From: Armatimonadota bacterium
Lineage (GTDB): Bacteria; Armatimonadota; SYMT01
Direction: 5' to 3'
DNA: 64,000 nucleotides
Assembly (NCBI GenBank): GCA_041690135.1
Contig: JAWLHY010000001.1
Coordinates: 1,559,199 to 1,623,198, forward strand
Part shown: piece after piece, positions 38,816 through 49,585 of the stretch
Layout of the letters: every line of letters begins with the position of its first letter
How positions within the stretch are numbered: the stretch's first letter is position 1
The notes under the pieces: model-generated
The model's database searches: none
Seen by the model: only the letters and a program-made list of their open reading frames with translations
What the model was told of the DNA's origin: nothing
Program-made: the position numbers and the translations under genes

Positions 38816-39461
38816 GGTTGAGACGCCTTGAGAGGACCGCGCACCTCTCAGTCCGTGCCGTCCACCGTGCGCGGGTGGGTGTTCGGGTTGGCGTGGGGTG
38901 CGGCGGCTGAGCGCGGCAGTTGACCGCTCGCCGTTTCCGGCGGGGTGGCGGTTACCGGCAGGTCCCTCAGCCTCTCCGTGATTTCCTGGATGCGCCGGAC
39001 GGCGCCGCGGGAGGCGGCCCGGGCACGGCGGTCTTGCTGGAACGAATCCTCCGCGACCTCCCGAGATCCGGCAGGGCCTCCCGCGGTTGGTGCGGATGGA
39101 TTAGGACAATGAAAAGGATAAAGAGTCCCGGCACAGCACCACTTCCCTGACCAGGGGCTGGCCACGGCGCTCACGGGTTCTCCTTCTGGAAATTGAGTGC
39201 TCCGGCCAGGAACTCATCAGCATCGCCGAAGTTGCTGCGGGTCTATCGCTCCTCACCATGACGACCGTGTTCATGACCGGAAGGGACGCACCAGACCTGG
39301 GAATGAAAGTGCAACTCGGAGCACTTCCCTTCATTCCGGAACGAACTCCCCTCTCCCCCCATCTGTCCCTGTCCATCCGTTCGATCCGTGTCATCCGTGT
39401 CAAAAAAGACACGACCCATAACTACGACACGAGCTACTACCCTGCCGGCGCACCCGCCGTT

Positions 39462-39505
39462 CCTTATCCCTATCCTCATCCTAATCGTAATCCACATCCT
39501 AATCC
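39462..39505 (+). repeat. Degenerate hexamer tandem repeat (CCTAAT-like)
   Basis: CCTTAT CCCTAT CCTCAT CCTAAT CGTAAT CCACAT CCTAAT; a similar run occurs at about 19161-19186. Confidence 0.7.
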
Positions 39506-39513
39506 GTTTAGCC

Positions 39514-39543
39514 CTGACACCCTCCCAGGGGGGGCTGTATAAT
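39514..39543 (+). promoter_or_regulatory. Sigma-70 promoter of hslVU
   Basis: CTGACA-N18-TATAAT. Confidence 0.55.
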
Positions 39544-39596
39544 CGGTCGGAAAGGGCAAGCCCCCGGATCGCTCGCCGGCAGGCGTGGAAAGTACC

Positions 39597-40151
39597 ATGA
39601 GTAAGAAGCAAGAACCGATGCGGACCCGCTCTACCACCATCGTGGCGGTTCGCAAGAATGGGCAGGTCGCCCTGGCCGGGGACGGGCAGGTTACGCTGGG
39701 CGAGCATGCGGTGAAGCACACCGGTCGCAAGGTGCTGCGGCTGCTGGAAGGCAAGGTCCTGGCCGGCTTTGCGGGAGGCGCCGCGGACGCGCTTTCGCTG
39801 CTCGACCGGGTGGAGAACCACGTCCGGGAAACGCACGGCGACCTGGAGCGCGCGGTGATGCAGTTCGCCAAGGAGTGGCGGACGGACCGCATGCTGCGAC
39901 GCCTGGAGGCCATGCTCGTGGTGGCGAACGACCGGAACACCTTTGTATTGAGCGGCAACGGCGACGTGCTGCGGCCGGATGAGGACGTGGTGGCGATTGG
40001 GTCGGGCGGGGCGATGGCGCACGCCGCGGCCCTGGCCCTGCACCGGCACACGGAGCTCTCCGCGGAGCAGATCGCGCGCGAGGCCATCGGCATCGCCGGC
40101 CGCCTGTGTATCTACACGAACGAGAACATCACCGTGGAAGTGCTGGGATAA
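39597..40151 (+). CDS. hslV: ATP-dependent protease subunit HslV
   Basis: [28 protein letters not shown] and CIYTN; short propeptide precedes the catalytic Thr. Confidence 0.95.
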   Translation: MSKKQEPMRTRSTTIVAVRKNGQVALAGDGQVTLGEHAVKHTGRKVLRLLEGKVLAGFAGGAADALSLLDRVENHVRETHGDLERAVMQFAKEWRTDRMLRRLEAMLVVANDRNTFVLSGNGDVLRPDEDVVAIGSGGAMAHAAALALHRHTELSAEQIAREAIGIAGRLCIYTNENITVEVLG

Positions 40152-40152
40152 C

Positions 40153-41556
40153 ATGCAGGACCTGACTCCCCGCCAGATCGTGGCGGAACTGGACAAGTTC
40201 ATTGTTGGGCAGGCGAAGGCAAAGCGGGCGGTGGCGGTGGCGCTCCGCAACCGCTACCGGCGCCGACAGCTTCCGGCGGGCCTTCGCGAGGAAGTGATCC
40301 CCAAGAACATCCTGATGATCGGTCCCACGGGGGTGGGCAAAACGGAGATCGCGCGGCGGCTCGCGCGCCTGGCCAACGCGCCGTTCATCAAGGTGGAGGC
40401 CACCAAGTTCACGGAAGTCGGCTACGTGGGGCGGGACGTGGACAGCATGATCCGCGACCTGGTGCAGATCTCCTTCCAACTGGTGGAGGAGGAGAAGACG
40501 CTGGAAGTGCGCGACCGGGCCAAGGAAGCGGCCACGGAGCGGCTGCTCGACCTGCTGCACCCGGTCCCGAAGCGAGAATCCTATCAGCCCAGCCTCTTCA
40601 TGGGGTTCGGTGGCCAGCAGGGCGCGCCTTCGCAGGAAGAGGAAGAGAAGCAGAAGAAGCGGGTAGAACAGGCCCAGCGGATCCGGACCCGCCTGCGCGA
40701 GCAGCTCGAAATGGGCGCGCTCGACGACCGGAAGGTTGAGCTCGAGGTCGAGGAGCAGCAGAACTTCAGCTTTACGCCCGTCTTCACCGGCCAGGGCATG
40801 GAAGAGATGGGCATGAACTTCCAGGACATGCTGGGGAACCTCCTGCCCAACCGGCGCCGGCCCCGCAGCGTGACGGTTGCCGAAGCCCGGGAGATCCTGA
40901 TCCAGGAAGAAGCCCGCAAACTGATCGACCAGGATGCCGTGAAGCGCGACGCCGTGGCGCGGGCCGAGCAGGACGGGATCGTTTTCATCGACGAGATGGA
41001 CAAGGTCGCCGGGCGCGACGGGGGCTCGGGTCCGGACGTCTCCCGCGGCGGGGTGCAGCGCGACCTGCTGCCGATCATCGAGGGCTCCACGGTCCAGACG
41101 AAGTACGGGCCGGTCCGCACCGACCACATGCTCTTCATCGCGGCTGGAGCGTTTCACGTCAGCAAGCCGAGCGACCTGATCCCGGAGCTCCAGGGACGGT
41201 TGCCCATCCGGGTGGAGCTGGACAGCCTGACGGAGCAGGACTTCCGCCAGATCCTCAGCGAGCCGCAGAACGCCCTGACGAAGCAGTACGCGGCCCTGCT
41301 GGAGACGGAAGGCGTCCACCTGCAGTTCACCGAGGAGGGGATCTCCGAGCTGGCCCGCTACGCCGCGGACGTGAACCAGCGCACCGAGAACATCGGCGCC
41401 CGCCGGCTGCACACGATCATGGAGCGCCTCCTGGAAGAGATCTCCTTCGAGGCGCCGGAAACGGTCCAGGGCGCCGTCGCCATCGACGCCGCTTTCGTGC
41501 GAGGCCGTTTGGAGTCGGTCGCCACCGACCAAGATTTGGCGAGATATATCCTGTAG
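40153..41556 (+). CDS. hslU: ATP-dependent protease ATPase subunit HslU
   Basis: [36 protein letters not shown] and [10 protein letters not shown]. Confidence 0.97.
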   Translation: MQDLTPRQIVAELDKFIVGQAKAKRAVAVALRNRYRRRQLPAGLREEVIPKNILMIGPTGVGKTEIARRLARLANAPFIKVEATKFTEVGYVGRDVDSMIRDLVQISFQLVEEEKTLEVRDRAKEAATERLLDLLHPVPKRESYQPSLFMGFGGQQGAPSQEEEEKQKKRVEQAQRIRTRLREQLEMGALDDRKVELEVEEQQNFSFTPVFTGQGMEEMGMNFQDMLGNLLPNRRRPRSVTVAEAREILIQEEARKLIDQDAVKRDAVARAEQDGIVFIDEMDKVAGRDGGSGPDVSRGGVQRDLLPIIEGSTVQTKYGPVRTDHMLFIAAGAFHVSKPSDLIPELQGRLPIRVELDSLTEQDFRQILSEPQNALTKQYAALLETEGVHLQFTEEGISELARYAADVNQRTENIGARRLHTIMERLLEEISFEAPETVQGAVAIDAAFVRGRLESVATDQDLARYIL

Positions 41557-41752
41557 GTGACGGAACCAGAGCGTGGCGGTCGGGAACCGTTTTTGCCCGC
41601 GGAACACACGGAATCACGCGGAAAGGGACGGGATAGGGATGGGATCGAATGCATGGTCGCCCCGGACGAATACCGGGCTGATACCTGAGCGGGCGCTTAG
41701 GACTGAAGGATTGTAGATCCTACACGGAGCCATCACAACCGACACTCGGTTC

Positions 41753-41795
41753 CTAACCTTCCAACCTGCCAACCTTCAACCTTCAACCTTCAACT
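41753..41795 (+). repeat. CAACCTT 7/8-mer tandem repeat
   Basis: About 5 units upstream of the O-methyltransferase. Confidence 0.8.
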
Positions 41796-41803
41796 CGAAA
41801 CCG

Positions 41804-42442
41804 ATGCCTACAACCTACGACCAGCTCTGCGAATATCACCTTCAGCTCTCGCAGCACAGCGACCCGGTGCTCCTGCGGATGGAAGAGGAAGCCCGCCGGG
41901 ATAACTTTCCCATCATCGGCCCGGCCTCAGGCAAGTTCTGCCACCTGATGGCTCGCGCCATCGGGGCCCGCCGGATCTTTGAGCTCGGCTCCGGCTACGG
42001 ATACAGCACGCTCTGGTTCGCGCGCGCCGTGCGGGAGAACGGTGGCGGAGTTGTCCACCACACCGTGTGGGATGAAGGTCTCCAGCAGCGCGCCCGTGCC
42101 AACGTCGCCGAGGCGGGTTACGACGACCTGGTGCAGTTCCACCTGGGGGAGGCGGTCGAGACGCTCCGCAACACGGAAGGGCCGTTCGACATCATCTTCA
42201 ACGACATCGACAAGCACGGCTATCCGGCCAGCCTTCCGGTGATGAAGGAGAAGCTCCGCGTCGGAGGCCTGATCCTCATCGACAACATGATCTGGCACGG
42301 CGCCGTCTTCGATCCGAACGACCACACCGCCGACACGGAAGGCGTCCGCGAGTTCACCCGCCTCCTCCAGGCCGACCCGGACTTCACCTTCCAGCTCATC
42401 CCGGTGCGCGACGGCATCATCACAGCCCTCAAACTCCGCTAA
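41804..42442 (+). CDS. Class I SAM-dependent O-methyltransferase (caffeoyl-CoA OMT-like)
   Basis: ELGSGYGYS, FDIIFNDIDK..Y and DNMIWHG. Confidence 0.9.
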   Translation: MPTTYDQLCEYHLQLSQHSDPVLLRMEEEARRDNFPIIGPASGKFCHLMARAIGARRIFELGSGYGYSTLWFARAVRENGGGVVHHTVWDEGLQQRARANVAEAGYDDLVQFHLGEAVETLRNTEGPFDIIFNDIDKHGYPASLPVMKEKLRVGGLILIDNMIWHGAVFDPNDHTADTEGVREFTRLLQADPDFTFQLIPVRDGIITALKLR

Positions 42443-42495
42443 CCTTTAACCCTGATCCTGGACCTGCCAATACGCACCCCCTATCAGGCTTAGAG

Positions 42496-42565
42496 CAACT
42501 TTCAACTTTCAACCTTCAACCTTCAACCTTCAACTTTCCAACCTTCAACTTTCCAACCTTCCAAC
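42496..42565 (+). repeat. CAAC(C/T)TT 7/8-mer tandem repeat
   Basis: About 9 units between the OMT gene and hisB. Confidence 0.85.
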
Positions 42566-42609
42566 GCTGATCCGCATCGAGTCAGCCCGTACCTACCGCG
42601 AGTACCCCC

Positions 42610-43197
42610 ATGTCCCGAACCGCCGAAATCAAGCGCACCACCAGCGAAACCGATATCGCCCTCACCCTCAACCTCGACGGCACCGGCCAGGCCGACGTGG
42701 AGACTGGGGTCGGGTTCCTGGACCACATGCTCACCCTGTTCGCCCGGCACGGAATGATGGATCTCTCCGTGCGCTGTCGCGGGGATCTCCACGTGGACCA
42801 GCACCACACGGTGGAGGACGTGGGGATCTGCCTGGGTCTCGCCATCGCCGAGGCGGTAGGTGACAAACGGGGCATCGTCCGTTACGGCACCTTCACCGTG
42901 CCGATGGACGAGTCGCTGGTGATGGTGAGCCTGGATCTCAGCGGGCGAGCTTACCTGGTATGCAAGTTGGACACGCGGGGTCGCACCATCGGCAACTTCG
43001 ATGCCGAGCTGGTGCCGGAGTTCTTCCAGGCCCTTTCCGGCAATGCGCGGATGAACCTGCACGTCCACCAGTTCTACGGCGAAAACGGCCACCACATCGT
43101 GGAAGCCGCGTTCAAGGCGCTGGGCCGCGCCCTCGACGCCGCCACCCGCATCGACGAGCGTTCCACGGGCATTCCCAGCACTAAAGGAGTTTTGTAA
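42610..43197 (+). CDS. hisB: Imidazoleglycerol-phosphate dehydratase
   Basis: [19 protein letters not shown] and [12 protein letters not shown]. Confidence 0.96.
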   Translation: MSRTAEIKRTTSETDIALTLNLDGTGQADVETGVGFLDHMLTLFARHGMMDLSVRCRGDLHVDQHHTVEDVGICLGLAIAEAVGDKRGIVRYGTFTVPMDESLVMVSLDLSGRAYLVCKLDTRGRTIGNFDAELVPEFFQALSGNARMNLHVHQFYGENGHHIVEAAFKALGRALDAATRIDERSTGIPSTKGVL

Positions 43198-43373
43198 CCT
43201 CTCCCCCACCAAGGGCGTTTCGTGCTTCCCTCCGACGGGTAAACCCTTCACAACATAGGGCGTGGGAGATCGCCCGCTAGACGAAGAAGGCTAACGGTGA
43301 TTGGAGGCGGTGGCGGCCCCTTCAACGCCTGGAATAGGACCCCTTACCGGGTCCGAGATATACGGGGGAAGCA

Positions 43374-43631
43374 ATGGTAGATCGTGACCTTCTGGTGGAC
43401 ACCTTACCCAGAGTTGATGAGGGAGTTATCGAGGAGTTGCCGCTCCGCGTCGTGCCGGACTGGGACGACCAGGCGAAGAAGGCGAACGATATGGCAAAGC
43501 TGATCGATCGCCACCTCGACTATGAAGCCCGCGGGCGCCTGCTGCTGGACCTGGATGACTTCCGGCCTCAGCATCTTTGCCCCGAGCAGCGGGTCCAGAT
43601 GGTCAGCGATCTGTTCGCGGCCACCCGGTAA
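43374..43631 (+). CDS. Hypothetical protein
   Basis: 85 aa; GGGGAA RBS. Confidence 0.55.
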   Translation: MVDRDLLVDTLPRVDEGVIEELPLRVVPDWDDQAKKANDMAKLIDRHLDYEARGRLLLDLDDFRPQHLCPEQRVQMVSDLFAATR

Positions 43632-43699
43632 GTTTCCGAGAGAACGAGGCAACACGAAGGGACCAGGGCGCAATGCCCTGGTCCCTTCGTGTTGAAGTC

Positions 43700-44395
43700 C
43701 TACTGGGACGTGAGAGCCAGGACCGTGAGGGTGCTTTCCGATGGGTTGAGGACCAGGAGCAGGTCGTCCCAGAATACGCCGTGGAACCAGGGGGAAACGT
43801 CTTCGGCGGGCCAAAGGCGTTCGTCGGTCTCCGGCATCTCCAGCGGCGGGCGGGCAGCGCCCGGGGTGCGGACGTCCATGCAGCTCCAGATGCCGAAGCG
43901 GGCATTTTCGCCGGCATCGCCCCCTTTGCCGATCAATGCGGCCAGCAGGCGGTCGTGGAGCGACTGGGCCTGCGCCGCGGCGCGACCGGGAGCGTTGCCG
44001 CTGCCGTGCTCCAGGAAGGCGAGGACGGAGCGAAGGTCGGGAAACCGGTAGAGGTACTCGCCGATATCGAAATCCCACCACTCGATACGGTGCTCGTCCT
44101 GCGCGCGCGCGGTGATGCCCAACTGGTTGTAGGGGCTGTGGTAGAGCATGTACTCGCCGCTTTCGGCGTCGAGAGCCTGCAGCAGCTTCTTCAGCAGCGC
44201 CCGGGTGGGACGCGTGGCCGGGTTGAGCGGGCGGTCGTTCACCGTGATATCGAGCACGGTGAGCAAGAATTCCAGGTGCGCGTCTTCCTGCAGCGCCTGG
44301 AGCACGGCGCTCACTTCCGCCTGCCGCTGCGGCGGGAGGTAATGGTAGGAAAGGCCGAGGATCTCTTCCGGAATACTTCGTTCGTCTATCTGCAT
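43700..44395 (-). CDS. Hypothetical protein
   Basis: About 231 aa with GC3-rich codons; co-oriented with neighbours. Start approximate. Confidence 0.65.
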   Translation of the reverse strand: MQIDERSIPEEILGLSYHYLPPQRQAEVSAVLQALQEDAHLEFLLTVLDITVNDRPLNPATRPTRALLKKLLQALDAESGEYMLYHSPYNQLGITARAQDEHRIEWWDFDIGEYLYRFPDLRSVLAFLEHGSGNAPGRAAAQAQSLHDRLLAALIGKGGDAGENARFGIWSCMDVRTPGAARPPLEMPETDERLWPAEDVSPWFHGVFWDDLLLVLNPSESTLTVLALTSQ

Positions 44396-44426
44396 CAGAC
44401 CATCAGGTGCCCGTGGGGCCGTCCCA

Positions 44427-44831
44427 TCACCAAACACGCCACCACGGGCGGCGCGTGTTGCCCTCGGCCGGAACGCTTACCGGCGGGCGCAGGGTGGACC
44501 AGTACTCCCGTAGCCGGGGAAGATCGGCGGAGGAGACTTCGTGTCCCCACTGCACGTCTTCCAGTCGCATCCCCAGGCGCCGACCCAGCTCGAGGGCCCA
44601 TAGGGTAGTACTTTCGATCAGCGCGGTATCGATCCGCTCCACGAGGCAATGTACGGATTCTACCGGGTCTTTGGTCCCCACGTTAATTTGTACGCGTCCC
44701 TGGGGCAATTCAAGCCAGAACCGGCTCTCCACATCGCCGTCCGGCCGCACCTGTTCCGCTTCCTTCAGTACCCGCAGCAACTCCGTCCTTGCCGGCCCGG
44801 GGTCGGCCAGCAGCATCACATCGTAAGCCAT
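44427..44831 (-). CDS. Hypothetical protein with a C-terminal RRPWWRVW motif
   Basis: 134 aa; the C-terminus resembles the KPWWKFW amphipathic tail motif. Confidence 0.7.
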   Translation of the reverse strand: MAYDVMLLADPGPARTELLRVLKEAEQVRPDGDVESRFWLELPQGRVQINVGTKDPVESVHCLVERIDTALIESTTLWALELGRRLGMRLEDVQWGHEVSSADLPRLREYWSTLRPPVSVPAEGNTRRPWWRVW

Positions 44832-44853
44832 CGTCCGCCTTTACACTCCGTCA

Positions 44854-46221
44854 CTAACCTTCGGGCTCCACGCCCACCAGGAACTGCGGGTTGCGCGGGA
44901 CCTGGTTGAACTCCTCTACCTGCGTGCCGAACTTGCCGAGGGTGTTCTCCACCACCACGAAGTCCACGCCCGGCAGCACCACGTCGTTCCACATGTTTCC
45001 GATGCCGCGCAGTGCCACGTCCAGCATCGTGACGATCTGGTGGCCCAGTGGCTCCTGGCTCTCCAGCGTGATGGCGCCGTAGAATTCCTGGCACTCCGTG
45101 TAGCCGGCATTGTGCGTCCCGGTGTACGGTTTCAGCCGCTCCAGTTGGACAGGCCGACCGAGCCTTTGCGAGACCTGGTCGCTCCTTGCGGCGAAGTACT
45201 CCACAAGCGCTTGCTCTTGCAGGTACGCCAGCTTGTTATTTTGTGCGACGTCGCGGTAAGCGTCCAGCCCTACCTGGTACGCATCCACCACCATGTCCAT
45301 CCAGTAGCGCTGATCGGAGGTCACTTCGGACGGGTCCTCCACCGCTACGACGGACCGGCGGCAGCAGGAGTTGAGTCCGTCGCGCTTGGGGGCCACGCCC
45401 AGGTGCACCCAGTCGCCGCGCTCGATTGGGCGGTTGAGCGCCTTGCCGATGAGGGTGCGGTTCGCCTCATTGGCGCCGACCATCACGTCCCAACCCATCT
45501 CCTCGGCGCCGAGTTCCCGAGCCACGAAGTAGGCCCAGGCCGCGACCTGCGTCTCCAGCATCCCCGGTTTCATCACCGCTAGCATCGCGCGGATCATCGC
45601 ATCGGCAATGACGTTGGCGTCGCGGATGAGCCGCATCTCGTCGTCCGACTTCTCGTACTTGATCTTGAAGTACAGCTCCTGGGCGTCGACAACGTTCTCT
45701 CGCCCGAAGAGCTGCTCCAGGTAACCCACGACACTGTCCGGGACCACCTGACGGGGAGTGAGGAGGGCGATGCGGGAAATCTTCGCCCCGGCCGCCGCCT
45801 CGATCACGTCTTCGAGGCGCTCGGCATCGATGGGATACTTCTCGTCGGCGAGCTGCAGCAACTCCACCTTGTGCACGGGCGCGCGGGCGCGCCAGGCGAG
45901 TTGCTCGGCGATGTAACCACCCTCTAACCCCGCCACCACGTGGAAGCCCGTTTGGCCGATTACGCCCGCGACCTGTTCGATCGAGATGTTTGTATTGCCG
46001 CCCAGGTACGGTACGTCGCCGTCGTAATGTTCGTCGCTGAAGACAAAGCCCGCTTCGAACCCGGCGTTCCGCAGCGCCTGGAAGACGCGCTGCTGCCGGG
46101 CGACGAACTCCTCCGTCGAGATCTGGAACGACTTGTCGACGGTCGGCGTTCGCTCCAGGATTTTCTCGACCCGGCGGAACTCCTCCCGTAGCTGTCCGAT
46201 GCGCTGCTGTCCGACGCCCAT
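44854..46221 (-). CDS. M24/creatinase (pita-bread fold) family protein with non-canonical metal ligands
   Basis: Creatinase-like N-terminal domain, KSDDEMRLIR, MKPGMLE and VENT; GGAGG RBS. Confidence 0.8.
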   Translation of the reverse strand: MGVGQQRIGQLREEFRRVEKILERTPTVDKSFQISTEEFVARQQRVFQALRNAGFEAGFVFSDEHYDGDVPYLGGNTNISIEQVAGVIGQTGFHVVAGLEGGYIAEQLAWRARAPVHKVELLQLADEKYPIDAERLEDVIEAAAGAKISRIALLTPRQVVPDSVVGYLEQLFGRENVVDAQELYFKIKYEKSDDEMRLIRDANVIADAMIRAMLAVMKPGMLETQVAAWAYFVARELGAEEMGWDVMVGANEANRTLIGKALNRPIERGDWVHLGVAPKRDGLNSCCRRSVVAVEDPSEVTSDQRYWMDMVVDAYQVGLDAYRDVAQNNKLAYLQEQALVEYFAARSDQVSQRLGRPVQLERLKPYTGTHNAGYTECQEFYGAITLESQEPLGHQIVTMLDVALRGIGNMWNDVVLPGVDFVVVENTLGKFGTQVEEFNQVPRNPQFLVGVEPEG

Positions 46222-46300
46222 GTTACCCCTCCCGTCTGTTTCGATGGTGTGAAACAGATTCGCTCCAAAGAGCGCGGATCACCTGCCGGGAGGGGGTAAC

Positions 46301-49300
46301 TCAGTCGCGGTCGGCGGTTTCCATTCCGAGGTACGCCGGCTCTTCCAGGGGAGCCTCTGGTTCCGGGAGCGCCTTCTCCGGTGGGAAGATCCGCTTCCAG
46401 GCGCGGACCATGGCACCGGCCACATCATCCAGGTAGGTGTACATCACCGGGATCACGAGCAGGGTGAGGAGCGTGGAGAGGAGGAGACCTCCGATGACCA
46501 CAATCGCCATCGGGGAGCGCATCTCGCTGGCCCGCCCGATCTGCATGGCGACCGGCAGCATGGCGATTACCGTGGAGATGGTGGTCATCAGGATGGGCCG
46601 GAGACGTACCGGGCCCGCCTCCTGAATCGCCTCCTCACGCCGCAGACCCCGTTCACGCAGGGTATTGGTGTAGTCCACCAGCAGGATGGCGTTCTTGGAA
46701 ACGAGGCCCACAAGCATCACGATGCCGATCATCGCCACGATGTTCATGGTCGTGCCGGTGTAGATCAGGCCGAGGAGGCCGCCCACCAGCGCCATGGGGA
46801 CACTCATCATGATGGTGAGCGGGTGGAGCAGGCTGTTGAACACGGCCGCCATCAGCATATAGGAAAGCGCCATGGCGAGCAGCAGGGCGCCGGTCATCAG
46901 TCCGGCACTCTCCTCCATGTCGTCGACGTCGCCTTCCCATTGCATCTCGACATTGCTCATCGGCACGCCGGCCACCGCGTCGTCCACCGCCTGGCGGGCC
47001 GCACCCAGAGGGACTCCTTCCCGGACGTTGGCCGAGAGGATCACGCGCCGGGTCCGCTGCGACCGGAGGATCTTCGTGGGGCCGGCCCCCATCCGGATAT
47101 CCGCGATATCGCCGACGTAAACCGGCATGGAGCCGCGGTGGGTGACCACGAGGTTGCGGAGCCCTTCCGGTCCGGTGGTGGGGCTGGCCGGGCCATGCTG
47201 GGCTACCCGGAGGCGGATGGGAAAGGTCTGCTCCCCCTCCCGGTAAGTGAGGTCGGTGTTGCCGGCGATGGCCGTGCGCATGGCGCCCGCCAGCTCGGCC
47301 GGGGTCACCAGCATCTCTTCGGCGCGCGCGCGGTCGAGCTTGAGCTGGAGCTCTGGCCGTCCGCGGCGCATGGAGCTATCCACGTTCTGAAGCTGCGGCA
47401 GGCGCTCCATGGCGCGCCGGGTCTCTTCCGCCACGCGCTCCAAAGTCTTCACGTCGTTGCCGTAGAGGCCGATCTGGATCGGGGCGAGGGCGGCAGTGAG
47501 ACCGCGCACCGCAAAGACCATCGCCCGTTCCGCGCCGGGGACCGCCTCCAGGCGCTTCCGGAGGTCCGAAGCTACCTGCTCGTCGGATCGTTTACGCCGC
47601 CCCTCCTGGCCCAGCGGATGCAGCAGCCGGTCGAGGAAGCCCTGCTTTTCGATCAGCATCAGCGTCAACTGGCCGAACTGCGGACCGCGGTCCGGCAGCG
47701 ATCCGAACCCGCCGATGATCTCACCCACGCTCGCCAGCATCCGCTCGGGGTCCACTTCGGGGATCTTCGCCGCTTCCGCCTCGATTTTCGCCATCAGGCG
47801 GTCCGTCGCCTGGAGCGAGGCCCCCGGCGGCAGTTCGATCTGGACGGAGACCTGGCCACGGTCCACGGATGGCGTGAAGTCGAAGCCGAGGACCTGCCAC
47901 GAGAGGAAGCCGACCAGCAGGAGCGAACCGAAACCGGAAGCTACCACAATGGATCGGTGTCGCAGCGACCACGCGAGCGCCTCGCGGTAGGCCTCTTCCA
48001 GCCGCCGGTAGCGGGCGTTGAACCAGGCCGGGAAACCACGCGTCGGCTCATGCAGGGCCTCGCCGCGCCGGTAGCACCGGGCGGCCAGCATCGGCGTGAG
48101 GGTAAAGGAAATATAGAGCGAAGCGAGGGTCGCCGTGGCGATGGTGAGGCCGAACTCGCGAAAGAACTGCCCGACGATACCCCCCATGAAGGCAATGGGG
48201 ATGAACACCACTACGTCCACAAAGGTGTTGGCCGCGTCCGCCGTCCCGATCTCTGCCCGTCCGTCCAGGGCGGCCTCGTGGGGCGACTTGCCCATGGCGC
48301 GGTGCCGGTGGATACACTCCAGCACCAGGATGCTGTCGTCCACCAGGATTCCCACGGACAGGGAGAGGGCCAGCATCGTCATCTGGTTGAGGCTGAAGCC
48401 CGCGAAGTACATCACGATGAAGGTCGCGATGATCGACGTGGGGATCGCGCAGGCGACGATCAGCGTGTCCTTAATGCTGTGGAGGAAGAGCAGGACGACG
48501 AGAACGGCGAGCACCGCGCCCAGGACCAGGGTGAAGTTGATGTCTTCCAGGGCATCCGCCACCGCCTGCGAGTTGTCCTGCAGGACGACGACCCGCACGC
48601 CTTCCGGAAGCTGCGCGCGCAGGGTTTCCAACTCCCGGTCGATCCCCTCCGCCACCTCCACGGTGTTGGCGTCCGAGAGGCGGGAGATGATCAGCCCGAT
48701 GCTTTCTCGCTGCCCAACCCGGGTGACCTGCTCGCGGGCCGCCGTGGTGTCCTGAACGGTGGCGATATCGCGCAGCCGGAGGACCGCCGTGTTCTGGCGG
48801 GGAGCGCGCGGGTCCATCATCGCGGCGAGGTCCGCCGACGAGGGGCTGGGGGGAATAGGGGTGTTTCGCAGGTCTTCCAGGGACTCGAACTCCCCGAGCA
48901 CCCGCACCGCTACCTCGGTTCGGCCCTGGGGAAGGCTGCCGGCGGGGGCGGACTGCGAGGCGGCGCCCAGCGGACGGAGCAGGTCCAGAAGCGAAAGCCC
49001 GTTGGCGGCGAGCCGGTCCGGGTCCACCAGGATCTGGATCTCCCGCTGGAGACCGCCCACCACGCCCACGTTGCCCACGCCGGGCACCTGGCTCAGCCGG
49101 GGTTTGATCCGCTGATCGACCAGCGCCCGCAGCTCGCGGATCGACAACTCGCCGGTGACCCCCATCACCATCACCGGGCGGGCGTTGTAGTCGAACTTGG
49201 CCACCTGCGGAGTCTCGATCTCCTCGGGGAGGTCCCTCCGGATCGACTCCAGGCGCGCGCGTACGTCCGCGGCGGAGGAGTTAATGTCGCTCCCCAACTT

Positions 49301-49585
49301 CAAGCGGACCGTCACGAACGAGAGGTTCTCGAGCGAGCGGGAACTGACGCTCTGGACGTTACTGACCGAGCCGACCGCGTCTTCGATGGGGCGTGTGACC
49401 GACTCCTCGACCTCTTCCGGACCGGCGCCGGGGTAGATCGTCATTACATTGACGACCGGAATCTCGACGCGCGGGTCCAGTTCCGCCCGCATCTCCATCC
49501 GGGAGCGCCACCCGAGGACCATGATCGCCGCGATGGCCATCAGCAGGATAATCGGGCGCTGGATCGCCAGCCGTGTCAATCCCAT
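46301..49585 (-). CDS. RND efflux permease (AcrB/AcrD/AcrF family)
   Basis: YPGAGPEEVE, GILVDDSILVLE, KNAILLVD and RLRPILMTT. Confidence 0.96.
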   Translation of the reverse strand: MGLTRLAIQRPIILLMAIAAIMVLGWRSRMEMRAELDPRVEIPVVNVMTIYPGAGPEEVEESVTRPIEDAVGSVSNVQSVSSRSLENLSFVTVRLKLGSDINSSAADVRARLESIRRDLPEEIETPQVAKFDYNARPVMVMGVTGELSIRELRALVDQRIKPRLSQVPGVGNVGVVGGLQREIQILVDPDRLAANGLSLLDLLRPLGAASQSAPAGSLPQGRTEVAVRVLGEFESLEDLRNTPIPPSPSSADLAAMMDPRAPRQNTAVLRLRDIATVQDTTAAREQVTRVGQRESIGLIISRLSDANTVEVAEGIDRELETLRAQLPEGVRVVVLQDNSQAVADALEDINFTLVLGAVLAVLVVLLFLHSIKDTLIVACAIPTSIIATFIVMYFAGFSLNQMTMLALSLSVGILVDDSILVLECIHRHRAMGKSPHEAALDGRAEIGTADAANTFVDVVVFIPIAFMGGIVGQFFREFGLTIATATLASLYISFTLTPMLAARCYRRGEALHEPTRGFPAWFNARYRRLEEAYREALAWSLRHRSIVVASGFGSLLLVGFLSWQVLGFDFTPSVDRGQVSVQIELPPGASLQATDRLMAKIEAEAAKIPEVDPERMLASVGEIIGGFGSLPDRGPQFGQLTLMLIEKQGFLDRLLHPLGQEGRRKRSDEQVASDLRKRLEAVPGAERAMVFAVRGLTAALAPIQIGLYGNDVKTLERVAEETRRAMERLPQLQNVDSSMRRGRPELQLKLDRARAEEMLVTPAELAGAMRTAIAGNTDLTYREGEQTFPIRLRVAQHGPASPTTGPEGLRNLVVTHRGSMPVYVGDIADIRMGAGPTKILRSQRTRRVILSANVREGVPLGAARQAVDDAVAGVPMSNVEMQWEGDVDDMEESAGLMTGALLLAMALSYMLMAAVFNSLLHPLTIMMSVPMALVGGLLGLIYTGTTMNIVAMIGIVMLVGLVSKNAILLVDYTNTLRERGLRREEAIQEAGPVRLRPILMTTISTVIAMLPVAMQIGRASEMRSPMAIVVIGGLLLSTLLTLLVIPVMYTYLDDVAGAMVRAWKRIFPPEKALPEPEAPLEEPAYLGMETADRD

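Noticed and set aside
38848-39542. Small ORFs upstream of hslV
   Set aside because: No convincing start or RBS; the low-complexity translations derive from the tandem repeats.
42496-42565. CRISPR array or iteron interpretation of the CAACCTT runs
   Set aside because: Contiguous 7-8-mers without spacers and no replication gene nearby.
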